This document shows positions 1 to 15,076 of a DNA stretch of 64,000 nucleotides, in pieces. The notes beneath the pieces were generated by a model. It had not been told where the DNA came from. It saw only the letters and a list, made by a program, of their open reading frames with translations, and did no database searches. Origin of the DNA: the human T2T-CHM13v2.0 reference genome, Homo sapiens. The position numbers and the translations under genes were made by a program. How positions within the stretch are numbered: position 1 is the first letter of the stretch; the number at the start of each line of letters is the position of its first letter. The DNA lies in assembly GCF_009914755.1 (NCBI RefSeq), contig NC_060925.1; one strand, 5' to 3'.

Positions 1-250
1 GCATTTAAAAGGCCACTGCCACAGTCCAGGCAATGGTAGCTTAGACCAGAGTGTTAAGAGTGGAGATGAAAAGTGGAGGGAACCAATAGGGATTTTAGAA
101 TTACAACTCAAAGAACATGATGATGGATTATATTTGGGAAGTAAGAGAGAGGACAATTTCAAGGACGACTTTTAAATATCTGGCTTGTACAACTGAATGC
201 ATGGCAGTGCCATTTTTTAAAGCATAGGAACCACAGGAAGTGGAGCAGGT
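1..250 (-). mobile_element. L2 LINE fragment
   Basis: Resembles antisense L2 (ggtagcttagaccagagtg...agtggagatgaaaagtgg; tggcttgtacaactgaatgcatggcagtgcc). Confidence 0.6.
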
Positions 251-530
251 TTAGGATTTATATACAAGTGAAGTCTGGTTTAAATATTTATCCAGAGCTA
301 TTTGAAAGGAAAATTTACATAAACCTATTATAAATACTTTTGTGACTGCTAAATAAATGTTGTTACAAAATAAAATAAGTGGAAAAGATACATTTAATCA
401 GGATAAGAATATAGACCCTGAGAGAGATTTTACAATATATTTAATACTATATATTGCTATAGGCAATTCTGTTTGCTACAAAAATCTGTGCCAAAACTAT
501 TTTATGGAAGCATTTCATATCTAACAGTCA

Positions 531-857
<327 letters not shown>

Positions 858-1604
858 TCAGTAAAAGGAAAGTATATATGTAATAAAATACAAGTAGAAA
901 AAAGTAAGTAAAGCCAAAGGGCTTTCATTCTAGTGTATTTATACCATTTCCTTGTATTTATATGTATTTCCTATCATGATCTTGATATTGCACCACCTTA
1001 AATTCCTTTTCAGTTTGGCCTGAAATACTTTTCTTCCCTCCTTCCAGTGAGCCATTTAACAATAGTTTGTTATTCTGCTATAATCCATTTCCATCTCATG
1101 ACCTTCTCATTAACTTCAGACTAAGCCATAATAACAGTGCTTCAATACAAGAATAGAGCAACTGCCCTTCAAAGTCTCATTTTTTGAAATCCTGTGCTAT
1201 TATAAAATGCCATAATGACCTGAACATAAAGCCATGTCAAATGCTTTAGCAATGTAAAACTTGCTGTCTCATTAAGAGTATAGTCCTCCATTGTTAAACA
1301 AGAAACCACCAGCTCTGTTGGCATAAAGCCAATCAATAGAGAGTTTAGTTCTACATGAGGCTGAGAATTTTCTACAAGTGCAATTAATTTTATTCAGTTG
1401 ATTTTTATTCAGTTGTACATTGATTTTATTCGTTAAGCATCTTGTGACACTCTGAAATCCCAGGGACATTTAGTAGATATTTTAATCATACCACATATTG
1501 TAAAGTATGGGACATCCTGAAAGATCTCTCTTAGGAAGATATTAGAATAATGGAAAGGGTAGGGAGGAATGTGTGTGTTTTATAGAAAATTGCTAGAAAT
1601 GTAC

Positions 1605-2057
1605 CATGGTAGGCAAAATAGTGGCTCCCTGAAGATGTCTATGTCCTAATCCCTAGAACTTGTGAATATGTTACCTTATATGGCAAAAGGGACTTTGCAA
1701 ATGTATTAAAGTAAGGATATTGGGATAAGGAGATAATAATGACTTATCTGGATAGGCCCAATGTAATCACAGGGGTTCTTTTAAGAGGAGGGCAAGGGGG
1801 TCAGAGAAGAGAAAGAGATGTGAAGACCAAACCAGTGGTCACAGTGATGAAGGGCCACCAGCAAAGGCATGTCTGTTGCTTCTAGAGGCTGGAAAAGACA
1901 AAGAAACTAATTTTTCCCTAGAGTCTACAGAAGGAACACAGCTCTACCAATCCAATTTGGACTTCAGACCTTCAGAGGTGCCAGGTAATACATTTGCTTT
2001 ATTTTAAGCCACTAAATTTGTAGTTACTTATTATGGTAGCAATAGGAAACTAATACA
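1605..2057 (+). mobile_element. MaLR solo LTR, MLT1D-like
   Basis: Start tggtaggcaaaat...gaatatgttaccttatatggcaaaagggactttgca; end gcaataggaaactaataca. Confidence 0.85.
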
Positions 2058-2394
2058 GGTACCTCAACTGTTAGCCGTGGTTACTCCCTAGAGGTTTGGA
2101 AATGAAGATCAGAGTTGAAGAGGACTTTTATTCTCCATTCTTCATGTTATTTGAACTGTTATCATGGATTTATGTTGGTTTTATTATGGATCTATATTGC
2201 TTCTTAAATAAAAATAATTAAGAGCAGAAGTAGCTAATATTAAGTGAAAAGATAGTGTAGAAAATTGTATAAAGGGTAATTGTTCAACCATGAAAAAATA
2301 GAAAAAAAATAAGAAGGAAACTTACTAAAATGTTATCCAGTTGTTTTTCCTGAGTATTAAGAGTGTGCATGTTCTATTTTCATTTATCCTCTGA

Positions 2395-2700
2395 GTCACT
2401 CAAGTTATTCATTAAGCATCTACTCTGTGTTAAAGAATGTGCTAGGAACTGAGAATGCAGTGGGGAATAAGAGAGACACAATTTCTGCCCTCATGGAACA
2501 AGGCAGATTAAACAGATGATCAGACAAATTATTAATTAATTATATTGTAATAAGTTCAATATAGGCAAGATACAGACTGAAATCACCATGCACTAGGGCA
2601 ACATAACGTAGTCAGGGAATGCTTTCCTAAGGAATTTCAGCTTGGAATTAAATGAGAATTTTCCAGTCAGAGACAGGAAATAAAATTTTTTACAAAGAGG
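2395..2700 (-). mobile_element. L2 3' fragment
   Basis: ttattcattaagcatctactctgtg...gtgctagg...tctgccctcatggaac is typical of the antisense L2 3' end. Confidence 0.6.
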
Positions 2701-3832
2701 ACATACCCCCTTTTTATCAGGAGAAAAATGAACATTTTAAATTTTTTTTAAAAAGAAATAGTTAACATTTCTCTATCCTTTTATATCTGGTAACAGCAGC
2801 TGCTCAGTGCTGGAAATGGTCTGCTTTTTCTGCTTGATTTAGCCAAATTCAGTTTAATGATCAGACTTTTTTTTCTCTTGTTCAAGCACTTCAGGCAAAT
2901 GAAATATTTAAGTGAATAAATTGAGGCCACTAGACAAAAAAGTAAAATAATAATGGTTAAATATCTTCCTTATCCAGAGCTCACATTATTAAACTATTAG
3001 ATCTAATACTTTTTGGTTGTCAATCTATCAAAAAAAGCTTGTGATAGGCCCTTAATATTGATTGACCTTGACAGAAATAAGACCCAGTGTCTTTGCCAGT
3101 TGAAGTTCTGTTTTTATCCAACCAAAACTAAGAAACACAAATGAAGAAGCAAAGAACAAGAATTATTTTGAAATCGACATAAAATGTATCACTAATCGAA
3201 TTTTTCTCAAAAGAATTTCATAGATGAAATCTGTATCACTGGGTACTAAAAATTAAGAATTTCAAATTTCTCAACTTTAGAATCTTCTCTTATAATTTCC
3301 AGGTGAGTAGTAATTTTCCAGATGATGGTTTGGGATTACTTTCAGCACAAGAGCAGGGAGAATAACATCTCTGTAATGAATAGGCACTAATGATTTCATA
3401 GTTAATGATTAACATCTCTGGAAAAAAAAACAAAATAAAAATAGAGAGCCTATTAATAAATGTCATGCCACCAAAAATCACTACGTGAAATTACGTTAAA
3501 TTTTTTTTGTTAAAAATTTTATTTAATTGATCCTTTTTGTTTGTTGTTTGCTTGCTTTCCAGTATACTTATGTGTCTGTAACACTTAGAGCAGTAATGTC
3601 CTTTAATGAAAATCAGAATAAATATGACTATGTTTAACAAAAAATGTATCATAATGTAGAATTGACTTACAATGACAATGATGTAATGAGAAGTTATGTA
3701 CTGTATATGACAGAGATTACTAGGTAAATTGCAAATAGAAGATACTATAAACATATCATTGAGAATGTCATGAAAATGGAATGTTTGAAGTTCAGATATT
3801 CTTTCTACAAATGCAATAAAATATTTAGAATT

Positions 3833-4291
3833 TTTAGTTGGTTGAATAGTGTTCCCCCCAAGTTCATGTACTCCCAGAACCTCAGAATGTGAGCAAATTT
3901 AGTAATAGAGTCTTTGCAAATATAATCAAGGTAAGGATTAATATAAGATCATACTGAATTATAGTGGTCCCTAAATCCAATATCTGGTGTCCTTAATAAG
4001 AGGAGGAAAGGACACAGACATAAACAGGAAAAAAAAAAAGGCCATGTAAAGATGGAGGAAAATATTACAGTGATGCAACTACAACCAGAATGCCAAGGAT
4101 TGCCAGAAGCCACAAGAAGCAGGAAAGAAGCAAATAAGGATATCTTCCCTAGAGTCTTCAGAGAGCCCATAGACCTGAAAACACCTTGATTTCAAACTTG
4201 TAGCCTCCAGAACTGTGGGACAATTAATTTCTGTTGTTTTAAGCAATCTAGTTTGCAATAATTTATATTGTAACACTAGGAAACTAATACA
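3833..4291 (+). mobile_element. MaLR solo LTR, MLT1C-like
   Basis: ggttgaatagtgttccccc...aacctcagaatgtga; end ctaggaaactaataca. Confidence 0.85.
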
Positions 4292-4464
4292 GGATTTAAT
4301 ATAGATAGCCATTTTCATAATCAAGTATTTTTTAGAATTATGTTATCTGCACTCATTCTTCCTCTTTAACCTCTTTTATGGTAGAAAGAGAGATGGACAA
4401 AGAGAACAATTTGTTTTGTGATGTTTGTAACAGTTGTATTTGTTCAACAAAAATTTGAGCACTG

Positions 4465-4930
4465 AATCAGTTAGGATGATTTTGCCCATGAGTAACAGAA
4501 CCCCTACTAAAAGTGACTTAAGATATAAGGTTATTTAATAAACTGACAAGACTAGCAGTCCACTGAAAGCTTGTTTCAAAGTAGGTGTGCAAACGCAATG
4601 ACTTCTTCAATAGCCCTCCTGCTCTGCCACCTCAGTATATTGGCTTTGGGATTCTGATTTGTTTCTCATGGTAGCAGAATGTCTGCTGAAGCTCCAAATA
4701 TTATATGCTTGTCTTTTATCAAGGAACACATTCTTAGTAGCCTCCTAGAAGACAGCTTCTAATATTTGATTGTCCAGGGTTTGGTCACATGCCCATTTCC
4801 AGACCAATCACTGACAAACAGTACAGGATTGCTAGAATTAGTCAAGATCAATCACTGTTTGTCCAAGAGGGCTGGTGATGTTGCTTCAGAAAAGGAGTTT
4901 GGGTTCTTTGAGCAAGGAAGAAAGAATTGC
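4465..4930 (-). mobile_element. Old MaLR LTR (MLT1J/K/L-like)
   Basis: tcagttaggat...agtaacagaacccc and ggtcacatgcccatttccagaccaatcactg motifs. Confidence 0.55.
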
Positions 4931-4959
4931 CAGGTTAAAAGATAGGCATATTTAATTTG

Positions 4960-5700
<741 letters not shown>

Positions 5701-6169
5701 TAATAAAATTGAAGTATGCATACCTCATGGAGTTATCGTTAACTTTAAATATGAAGATGTACCTAAACCTCTTGGCCATAGTCGTAAGTACAAAGTAAGA
5801 ACTCAATGAATAAATCTCAAATATTATTAATTGTTATGGTTGTTATTCATTTGACCCTACCAATTCCAAAAGGATTGCAACTCTCTTTTGTTCCCATAAC
5901 GCCCTACATGTATTTCTATTGTGGCATCTATTATATTATCTCACATGGTGGACAGATTGAATTATTTCCAGCCAAAGACATCAAAGGTCTTATTCATTTT
6001 GTAATCTTGTATTCCCACGATCTAGGACAATGCTAAAAGGTGCTTAATAAATATTTGTTAAATAAATATACACACAAATGAGTTTTCAAAGAAATTCAAT
6101 GAATAAAGAATACTAATTGAAGAGAGGAATAACTCTAGAAATCACAGAATAATTTTAGATTGAAACAAT

Positions 6170-7280
6170 GAAATAGAAAATATTTCCAAAGACACATCTG
6201 GTGAAAGACTTATCTAAAATATACAAGGAACTTATAAAAGTCAGCAACAAGAAAACAACCTGATAAATAAGCAAAAGAACTGAACAGACACTTCACCAAA
6301 GAAGATCTACAGATGGTAAATAAGTATATGAAAAGATGTTCAACATCATATGTTATTAGAGAAATGCAAATTAAAAGAACAATGAGATACCACACATACC
6401 TATCAAAATGACCTAAACACTGAAATCCTAAACACTGAAAACATCAAATGCCAGCAAGAATGTGGAACAACAGGAACTCTCATTCATTGCTTGTAGGAAT
6501 GCAAAATGCTACAGCCACTTTGGAAGAACATTTGGCTGTTTCTTACAAAATTAAACATAATCTTACCGTATAATCTAGCAATTGCACTTCTTGGTATTTA
6601 ACCAATGAACTGAAAACTTAGGTCCACATGAAACCTGTACATAGATATTCATAGCAGCTTTATTCATAATTCCCAAAAGTTGGAAGCAACCAAGATGTCC
6701 TTCAAGGGATGAATGGCTAAATAAACTGTGGTACATTCAGACAACGGAATATTATTCAATACTAAAAATAAATGAACTGTTAAGCCATGAAAAGACATAG
6801 ATGAAATTTAATGCATAATTACTAAGTGAAAGAAGCCAATCTAAAAAGGGTACACATTGTATGGTTCCAACTATATCGCATTCTGGGAAAGTCAAAACTA
6901 TGGAGACAGTAAACAGGTCAGTGGTTTCCAGGAGTTGGATGGGAGAGAGAGATGAATAGGCAGAAGTCAGAGGATTTTTGAGGCAAGGAAAAAGTTCTGT
7001 ATGATACTACAGTGGTGGATATATTTCATTATACATGTTTCAAAACCCAGAGAATGTATAACACCAAGAGTGGACCCTAATGTAGACTATGGACTTTGGG
7101 TTAAAATGATGTGTTAGTGTAATTTCATTTATTATAACAAATCTATGGCTGTGGTGAGGGATGTTGATAGTGGAAATGGTTGTGTGTGTGAGGCAGCAGG
7201 GAGAATATGTTAATTCTGTACTTTTTGCTCAATTTTGCTGTGAACACTAAACTGCTAAAAAAAATTCTATTTAAAAATGA
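6170..7280 (+). mobile_element. L1MC-like 3' end
   Basis: ORF2 C-terminal remnant (aacagacacttcaccaaagaag) followed by a 3' UTR ending tgctcaattttgctgtgaac...aaaaa. Confidence 0.85.
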
Positions 7281-8247
7281 AAGACATCAATAAAAAGTAC
7301 AGATCACGTGATTGTCACTAAAAATAGACAATTGGCAAGGACTAAATTAAGAGAATGAATCTTTTTTAAAAATGACATGGTATATGAGAAAAAAGCAATA
7401 TGAGTCTATCAGAAAAGTGGGGATATTTAAAAAGATAACTGTAGAATATATAATTTTATTTTGACTAAGTGTTATTGTAACTCCTAACAAATATTTTTAA
7501 CCATGTCTGCTAACAATTAACAAGATGGATAGATTTTAGTTGCAAATAAACCAAGCAATTATATGGAGCAGTCAGTCAGTGAGAAGGAGAAGAGTAGAAG
7601 GGCATGGGCCATCCGTGTGCATAATCATTACCTAGACCTTTAGTGTTGGCTATATAATAACACTTGACAGATTCATCAACTACTGAGAAATTGAGACTCA
7701 CAAAATTTTTCATCAGCCTAAAACTTCTGCCCAATAAGGAACCTGAATTTACCCAAATGTTACTATTTGCTTGCAGAGTTACACTCACCATTTTATATAG
7801 TTTCCTTGAACATATATGAATGAGCAAATGGTCATCCTTCATGCTTAAGGAAGTAAGGGGTTTAAATTTTAGTTCGATAGATTTAGGTTAGACATCAAAA
7901 AGAAATTCATGACCATAATGATTTTTAAGGAGGTTGTGAGCTACCCTAATGGTTTTGGCCTCTTCAGTTGTCATCTAAAATTGTATTATTCTATGTGTAT
8001 GTCTTAATCTTTCTATTTGTGCATTTGGTGTTCTTATTGTTTAAGGAGCATACCTAAAGTGTGGGGCCCCTTCTAAGGACCCCAAGACCAAGAGTCTTAA
8101 CTAGAAGTGTTTTTCTCAATTTTCTATTTGTTGAATTTCTAAACTTGAACCTAACAATCTTACATATAATCACCATAAATTACTGTTTATGGAGGCCAGT
8201 GCTGAATACAGAATCACTAGAGCTCCTCATAGGTCTCTTGAGTCTGT

Positions 8248-8895
8248 TGTAGCATAGTGATTCAAGGGCAGCGACTAGAGTAAGGACTGCTTGGGTTTTG
8301 GTCTAAGCTGGACATTACTAGCTGTATCTCTTTGGGCAGGTTATATACTCTTTCTGAGCTTTGGTTTCCTCATATATGAAATGGTAGTAATAAAAATGCC
8401 TATGTTATGATTTGAATGTGTCCCTCAAAGTTCACGAGTTGGAAACTTGATTCCCAATGCAGCAATATTGAGAGTTCCATGCTAATGGTAGGCGTTTCGG
8501 TCATGGGAGCATCACCTTCATGAGTGGATTAATGCCATTATTGCAGGAGTGGGTACATTATTGCAAGAGTGTTCTCCTTATAAAAGGATGAGTTCAGCCA
8601 CCTCTCGCTTTCTTTTTCTTGCACCCTTTCTTTGCTCTTCTGCCATGAATAATGCAACCAGAAGGCTTTCATCAGATGTCAGCCTCTCAATTTTGAACTT
8701 CCCAGCTTCCAGAACCATGAGCCAAATCATTGCTGTTCATTATAAATTACCCAGTCTGTGGCATTCTGTTACAGCAGCACAAAATGGACTAAGACAGCCT
8801 ACTTCATAGAGTTATCTGAGATAATGCATATATACAAGCTAAAGACCTTAGCTCAGTGTCCAGTACATACTGAGCACTCAGTTAATACTAGTTAT
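8248..8895 (+). mobile_element. MIR, split by an MST LTR
   Basis: Core ggtttcctcatatatgaaatgg before 8403 resumes after 8797 (cttcatagagtt...agcactcagttaatactagttat). Confidence 0.7.
8403..8796 (+). mobile_element. MaLR solo LTR, MST family
   Basis: TG...CA ends (tgttatgatttgaatg / aaatggactaagaca); 5-bp TSD GCCTA at 8398-8402 and 8797-8801. Confidence 0.9.
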
Positions 8896-9249
8896 TGTAT
8901 TAGTCCATTCTCACACTGCTATAAAGTTAACTGGCTAATTTATAAACAAAAGAGGTTTAATTGACTCATAGTTCTGCATGGCTGGGGAGGCCTCAGGAAA
9001 CTTACAATCATGGCAGAAGGCAAAAGGGAAGCAAGGCAAGTCTTACATGGCAGCAGGAGAGAGACAGAGATCAGGGGAAACTGTCACTTTTAAACCATCA
9101 GATCTCATGAGAACTCCCTCACTATCATGAAAACAGCATGGAGAAAACCACCCCCATGATCCAATCACCTTCTACCACGTCCCTCCCTTGACACTTGGGG
9201 ATTACACTTAGAGATAGATTTGGATGGTGACACAGAGCCAACCATATCA
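8896..9249 (-). mobile_element. MaLR solo LTR, MSTA/THE1D-like
   Basis: tgtattagtccattctcacactgctataaag...acagagccaaaccatatca; TSD GTTAT at 8891-8895 and 9250-9254. Confidence 0.9.
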
Positions 9250-10914
9250 GTTATTATTTTCCTCTTCTGTCCCCCATTGCCAGCTCTCTTCACTGTCTCT
9301 AGCAAGTTTGCTATCTTGTTCTCTCCCTGCCCTACTAGAACACCACATTGCAAGTCTCTGGGGGCAAAAATTATTCTGGTAGTCTGACTTTTATCTGCAT
9401 TGCAAAATTTACTTCCACTGCCTTCCTGAGTTTCAGTTTGATGATTAATAAAATCATTTCTTTTCAATGTTCTTGTTTATCCCAAAACATTGAGGAAATC
9501 TTTATAAAATTCATATTAGTATTTCTAATATTTATATCAATGGAAGTAGCAAAATAAATAGAGTTAAGTTATAATTCACATGGCCAGACCTCTCTCTTTG
9601 TATTAGCGTATTCTGGCAAAAAAAAAACCATAAAATTTTCATAAAAACTAGATCTTTTATAGACTTTATAATTTTATCTGTCAGTTCTGATGAAAAAGCC
9701 TAATCTATTCATATGTGATTTCAAAAGCTTCCTTTCTAATAAGAAACAGATTGTTTTGAATAGAGAAGTACCCATCAGCGAAAGATACGTAGGGCTATAA
9801 TGTCAGTTAATTTCTATAGCTGCAGTCTTATTGTTTAAAAAATACAAAAATTACTTTAGTTCTTAAGGGCATCATTAAGTATAGAGGTCTCCAAACAAAT
9901 TTAATGCATTTTTACTCATTTTGTTTTGTGTCAGTACTACAAAATGAATATGAATGCTTTGTTTACATTTTTCGTTCTCTTTACAGTTGGAGCTTTTTAT
10001 CATTTGAGATCAAAGTCAATTTTTTAAATAAATAAAATAATTTTTAATATCTCCATGTGGTACTCTTTTATTTTCTCCTCTTCTATAAAGGGATTTACAA
10101 TTATTTATTCAAAAGAAGGTAATGAGGCAATTTTAAGCCAGACTTAATAATTCAAGGACATAATTTTAAAAAGTTATCTAAAACTGACTTTGGGCATCTT
10201 AGTAAAAACCCAAGTCATGCAAGATAAAGCACTTTCTGGCTAACTACTATGTGCCAGGCATCACAGTGAGCCCCAAGAATAAGAAACAGAACTGCAGTTC
10301 TTAGTTGCAAAGGCTCATTCTGCAGGAAGAGAGGCAGAGAGCAGCCTCTTGAATAAATAATTGTTCAACAAGGTTTTAGAGCCATAATAAAGCTATATCT
10401 GAAGTCCTACTGGAATTCAGATAAATTGTTCATTCTAGTTAATGTAGCTAACTTTTTTCTTTATTTCTATAATGGAGACTAACATTACCCCTATCACATA
10501 GGATTGTTAAAAAGGTTAAATGAAATAATAAATGTGAAGTGTTCATTACAGTGTCTGGCCTATGGTAAATTCTCAAGGAAAGCCAGTGTCATTTTTTTTT
10601 TTAGTATTGCTATAATTATTATTAGGAGTCAGGGAAGACTTTGCTGGGGAGGCAACATTAGAACTTATCAGGAAAGGAAAGAATAAGAAGGAGTAAGGGG
10701 CCTGTTTGGAAGAGGCAAGGGGCATTTCAGGCAGATGTACAGAATCAGAGAAAGGCATGTTGTGAGCTTTTGAGGAAGGATGAGCAACCCAAGTAACTGA
10801 AACAGAGAGCATGGGCTTGAGTAATAGGAAATGGTGCTCATCTGTGAAGAACCATGTACTCTCTGCCAGAGTGCTAAACTTCTTCTTGTGAATAGTCCAC
10901 AGCTATCAATTCAA

Positions 10915-11042
10915 GCAGCCTGAAATGGTGGCATGAGCCTGTAATTCCAGATGCTCAGCAGGCTGAGTGGGGAGAATCTCTTGAGCCCAGAGTTTGAGAC
11001 CAGCCTGGGCAACGTAGTGAGACCCTGTCTCAAAAAAAAAAA
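10915..11042 (+). mobile_element. Alu monomer (FLAM-like)
   Basis: Single arm ending gagaccctgtctc plus A tail. Confidence 0.8.
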
Positions 11043-11109
11043 TTAAGCAGCAGGGTAACATGATCAAATGTATATTTTAGGAAGACAGCAATAAAGAGAC
11101 TAGAAATAG

Positions 11110-11380
11110 ACCATAATAATAGTTTATGTGAGAAAAGTAATGACTAACACATAATGCTCATTATGTGCCTATGTTAATTGTTTACCATATATTTATGTGC
11201 ATTAATTCTTGTAACAGCTTTATAAAGAAGATGTTATTATTTTGTCGTTTTATATATGTACAACTGGGGTATACAGTTTTTATGTAATTTGCCTCAGGTT
11301 CCATGCCCAGTAGGTGTTGAAGCTAGGATTCAAACTCAAGTAGTCTTACTCTTGAATTTGCACACTTAATGAACATCCTT
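11110..11380 (-). mobile_element. MIR
   Basis: gtaatttgcctcaggtt...gctaggattcaaactcaagtagtct. Confidence 0.6.
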
Positions 11381-11399
11381 CACTGCTTCTCAAGTAAGT

Positions 11400-11565
11400 G
11401 TCAGGCTAGAGTGCTGGCAGGGTGGCCTGCACCCGTATACCAGCTGGTCAGGAGGGTTAGTCAGGAGGATTGCTTGAGCCTAAAGGTTTGAGGCTGCAGG
11501 GAGCTATGATGGAACCACTGCATCCAGCCTGAGCAACAGAGCGAGACTCTGACCCTAAAACAAAT
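11400..11565 (+). mobile_element. Diverged Alu monomer (FRAM/FAM-like)
   Basis: ggaggattgcttgagcc...gaggctgcag...ccagcctgagcaacagagcgagactc. Confidence 0.75.
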
Positions 11566-11852
11566 TTTTTTAAGCTACTTAAAAAAAAATAGGCTAAAGA
11601 AAAAAAGTACAAATCGGAAAGGGAAGTTGTATTCAACAGAATTGACTAGCTTGTTTTTTAATGCCATAAAGACTTACTGGGTTCCTATCACCTGGCAACA
11701 ATGTTGCAGCCATAACAATGAAAAAACAATTTTTAAAAAGCACCTACAACAATACAACAATGAAAAAACCATCAAAAAGCAATGAAAAGGCCTGTTCTTA
11801 TAAAGTCTGTTTGCCAGTGAAGGAGCAGACAATATGTGGGGCAGAGGCACAT

Positions 11853-12404
11853 TGAAGGGAGGAAAAGTAAAATTTTACCTCTCTCCCCTTAGGGCTTTTT
11901 GGCTACGGCTGAGAATTAAATTGACATAAAAGAAACAAGTAGGAGAAAAGCATATGAATTTATTTAATACAAGTTTTATGTGGCACAGGGGGCTTCATAA
12001 GAAAGTAAAGACCCGAAGAGCCAATTAGAATCGAACACTTACATACTGAATTGGACAAAGAGTAGTAAATTATGAGACTGTAATTAGGCAAAGGGGCTTG
12101 GGCAAGGGTAGTTAACTGGGTAGAGAAGTGAGTAGGAAGATAAGGGTTAGTTTAACCAGGTTTGTTTGTAGAGAATTCTCCCCCCTCAACTTCCTATTAC
12201 TGAAAATAAGAATAGAACTTTCTTTCTGGTACAGGAGGATTTTTCCATGTAGGGGTTTTATCTTCAACTTTCAGGAAGAAAAAGGGGAGGATTAGAGTGC
12301 CTTTCTTGCAGCCACTGTTGTTCTTTTTCTAAAGTGCCTTTATATCAAAATAATCCTTATGCCAAAGTGGTGTATTTGCAGATGGCATATTCTGCCATCC
12401 TTCA
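11853..12404 (-). mobile_element. ERV1 3' LTR, MER34 family-like
   Basis: Minus strand begins TGAAGGATGGCAGAATATGCCA...CACTTTGGCATAAGGATTATTTTG, ends CCCTTCA and contains AATAAA; polypurine tract AAAGGAGGGAAA (12405-12416) directly precedes it. Confidence 0.85.
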
Positions 12405-13292
12405 TTTCCCTCCTTTGAACCTTCCCCAAGAAGTTTCATAGTTCAGAAGCTGAGTTGATAGATTGCAACCTTATCTTACTGAAAATCTCTTACTCCTGGA
12501 GAACAGGTCAGTTCCATTAAACAAACAGTTGTGTTTCATTTCAGGAGACAATGTTGCAGGTGGGTTCCTACCAAAGTTAGGCCTCCATATGGTCCGAGCA
12601 ATCAGGCATTCCTATGGAAACAAACAAACAAACAAAAAAATCTGTTTATGAGTCCAGAGGGCAGCCAGTCAAGAAGATTTCTAGATATTGGGCTCGAAGC
12701 ATCTTCTTTTGCTGTCTGAAAGTCTCTGGTGATGTCACCAGGTGATATGGGTGAACTTTCTGAGTAGTCCCCACAGCAACAGGCATGAAGCTTGTTTATA
12801 TGTTTATATATGAGTTTTTGTGGTGATTTCTATGAAGTTTATATCAAGTCACCCAGCTTCGGCTTGCAAGGCTTTGGGAAAGGGGCAGTTTTATTTTTTG
12901 GTATTTCAAGTCAGAAAGGTGGGAGAAAATTGGAAATGTTAGTTTGGAGAGTCATAGCCAGATATTGGAGGAAACTAGAAGAATTCAGGATACAGTCCAG
13001 TTTACAGAAAGATAACAAAACCTCAAAGACAATGAACAAGGCTAGAATTGAATTACTATAGTTTTCTACAGTGCACATAATTTTTCTGTCTATAGTCACC
13101 CTCATGTTTCACAAACATAATCATAGTAAGACTAATTTGTTTGTAAAATAAGTCTAGTCTCATTAAATTTGGCCTGATTATTTAAATAAGCAAAGCAAGA
13201 ATAGTGACTGGTCATATAGACACTTTTTAAATCTGCTTTGCTGGAACTTTTAATAAGGAATCTCTGATTAGACTTTTAAAAGCCTCTCCATT

Positions 13293-13415
13293 CCAGACTC
13301 AATGGTGCATGCCTATAGTCCCAGTTACTCAGGAGGCTGACGCAGGAGGATTGTTTGAGCCCAGGAGTTCAAGACTCGCCTGGGAAACATAGCAAGACCT
13401 CATCTCTAAAAAAAA
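13293..13415 (+). mobile_element. Alu monomer (FLAM_C-like)
   Basis: Single arm; TSD AAAAGCCTCT brackets this monomer plus the following Alu. Confidence 0.8.
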
Positions 13416-13470
13416 TACAATAAATATATATACATAAATAGTTAAACATAGAATTAAAAAATAAAATAAA

Positions 13471-13795
<325 letters not shown>

Positions 13796-15076
13796 TCAAG
13801 CTATAAAGCTAAGCTAGGGACTTTGCATTAGACTTCACCTACCTATAGATTTAGGTGAATTCCTCATTGCTCAAGGCTCTCAAAATATTATCAGCCTCCT
13901 AGGCCTACCAGGAAGTGATGTTCCTTACTCACCTGTAAGGTTGGAATCCTTTGAAGCCAGGTACTAGTCTTTTTTTTTTTTTTTCTAAGTGGCTTTATTG
14001 GGTTCATAAAATCAACCTTAGTTCATTAAAGCTGTCTGGTTATATCTGATCCTATGCATATAATTCTCAAATATGACATTCTAGTCAAAGCCTTGGTAAT
14101 ATAATCAATGTTTCCAATTATATCATGTTACAAAGAAAATATATTCTTATTGATCTTATGTAAATAACTATATTGCCATGAAAATAATACTCAATAAGAG
14201 TTTCTGAATTTTGGAGGGATCAGGTAGGGAACAGATAAATGCTTCAAATCTGTTTCCAAAGTATACTTTACTAGATTGCTGCAAGCTATAACTAGCTTAA
14301 ATAAAAACAGAAAAAGTGTTCTTCACATCTGGAAAACAAAATATTAAAGCATTAATATAATGGTTTAATAAAGTCATAAAAATAATAATCATCCTCATCA
14401 GTTTATTTACTCCCACTAATTACTTCTCGTTGTGCTTAATCCTGGGTTAGAAGTTTTATGAATCAATCAGTTTATCCACTTGATTTTTAGAAATTCTTAT
14501 CAAGCTCAGTGGTATGATCTTATAGTTATCAGAAGCCTGCACTTGTCAGAGTCTTTTCTGTGAATCTCTTTAACGATAAAGCAGTTTTGTCTGTAGTTGA
14601 TTTCAGGAAAACATCAGAGTAAAACAACTATCTGTGAATGACAAATGCTTTTAAATGGCCATGGTCAAAAATCTCATGAGAGATCATTACAATGCAATTG
14701 ATAAGAAAATTTGGTTATTTCTGTGACATGCAACATTTTAAGATAATAACTAGGATTATGACTGATGACATTATACCAGGACATATCAGATTTCTAGAAA
14801 TTTTATATAATTTCTTTAACACTTATATTAATAATATATATTCCTACAAATAACACATAACTCTAATTATTTTAATATCTCTCTTTCAGAAAGATAAAAA
14901 ACAAATCTTTTGAGATTTTCCAGGGGCTCTCTGGAAAATCCCAAAGTTACTTTGAGGTCAAAAGCACTTTAGAATTTGATCCTGGGAGTTCAAATATTGT
15001 CAAAAATGTCAAAAGGTTTAAAACTCTTGATAAAATAGGATCACAGATCACTTTGAAACAATACTCAGTTATCTAT

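Noticed and set aside
11400-11565. 7SL RNA gene or pseudogene
   Set aside because: No S domain; fits a diverged Alu monomer.
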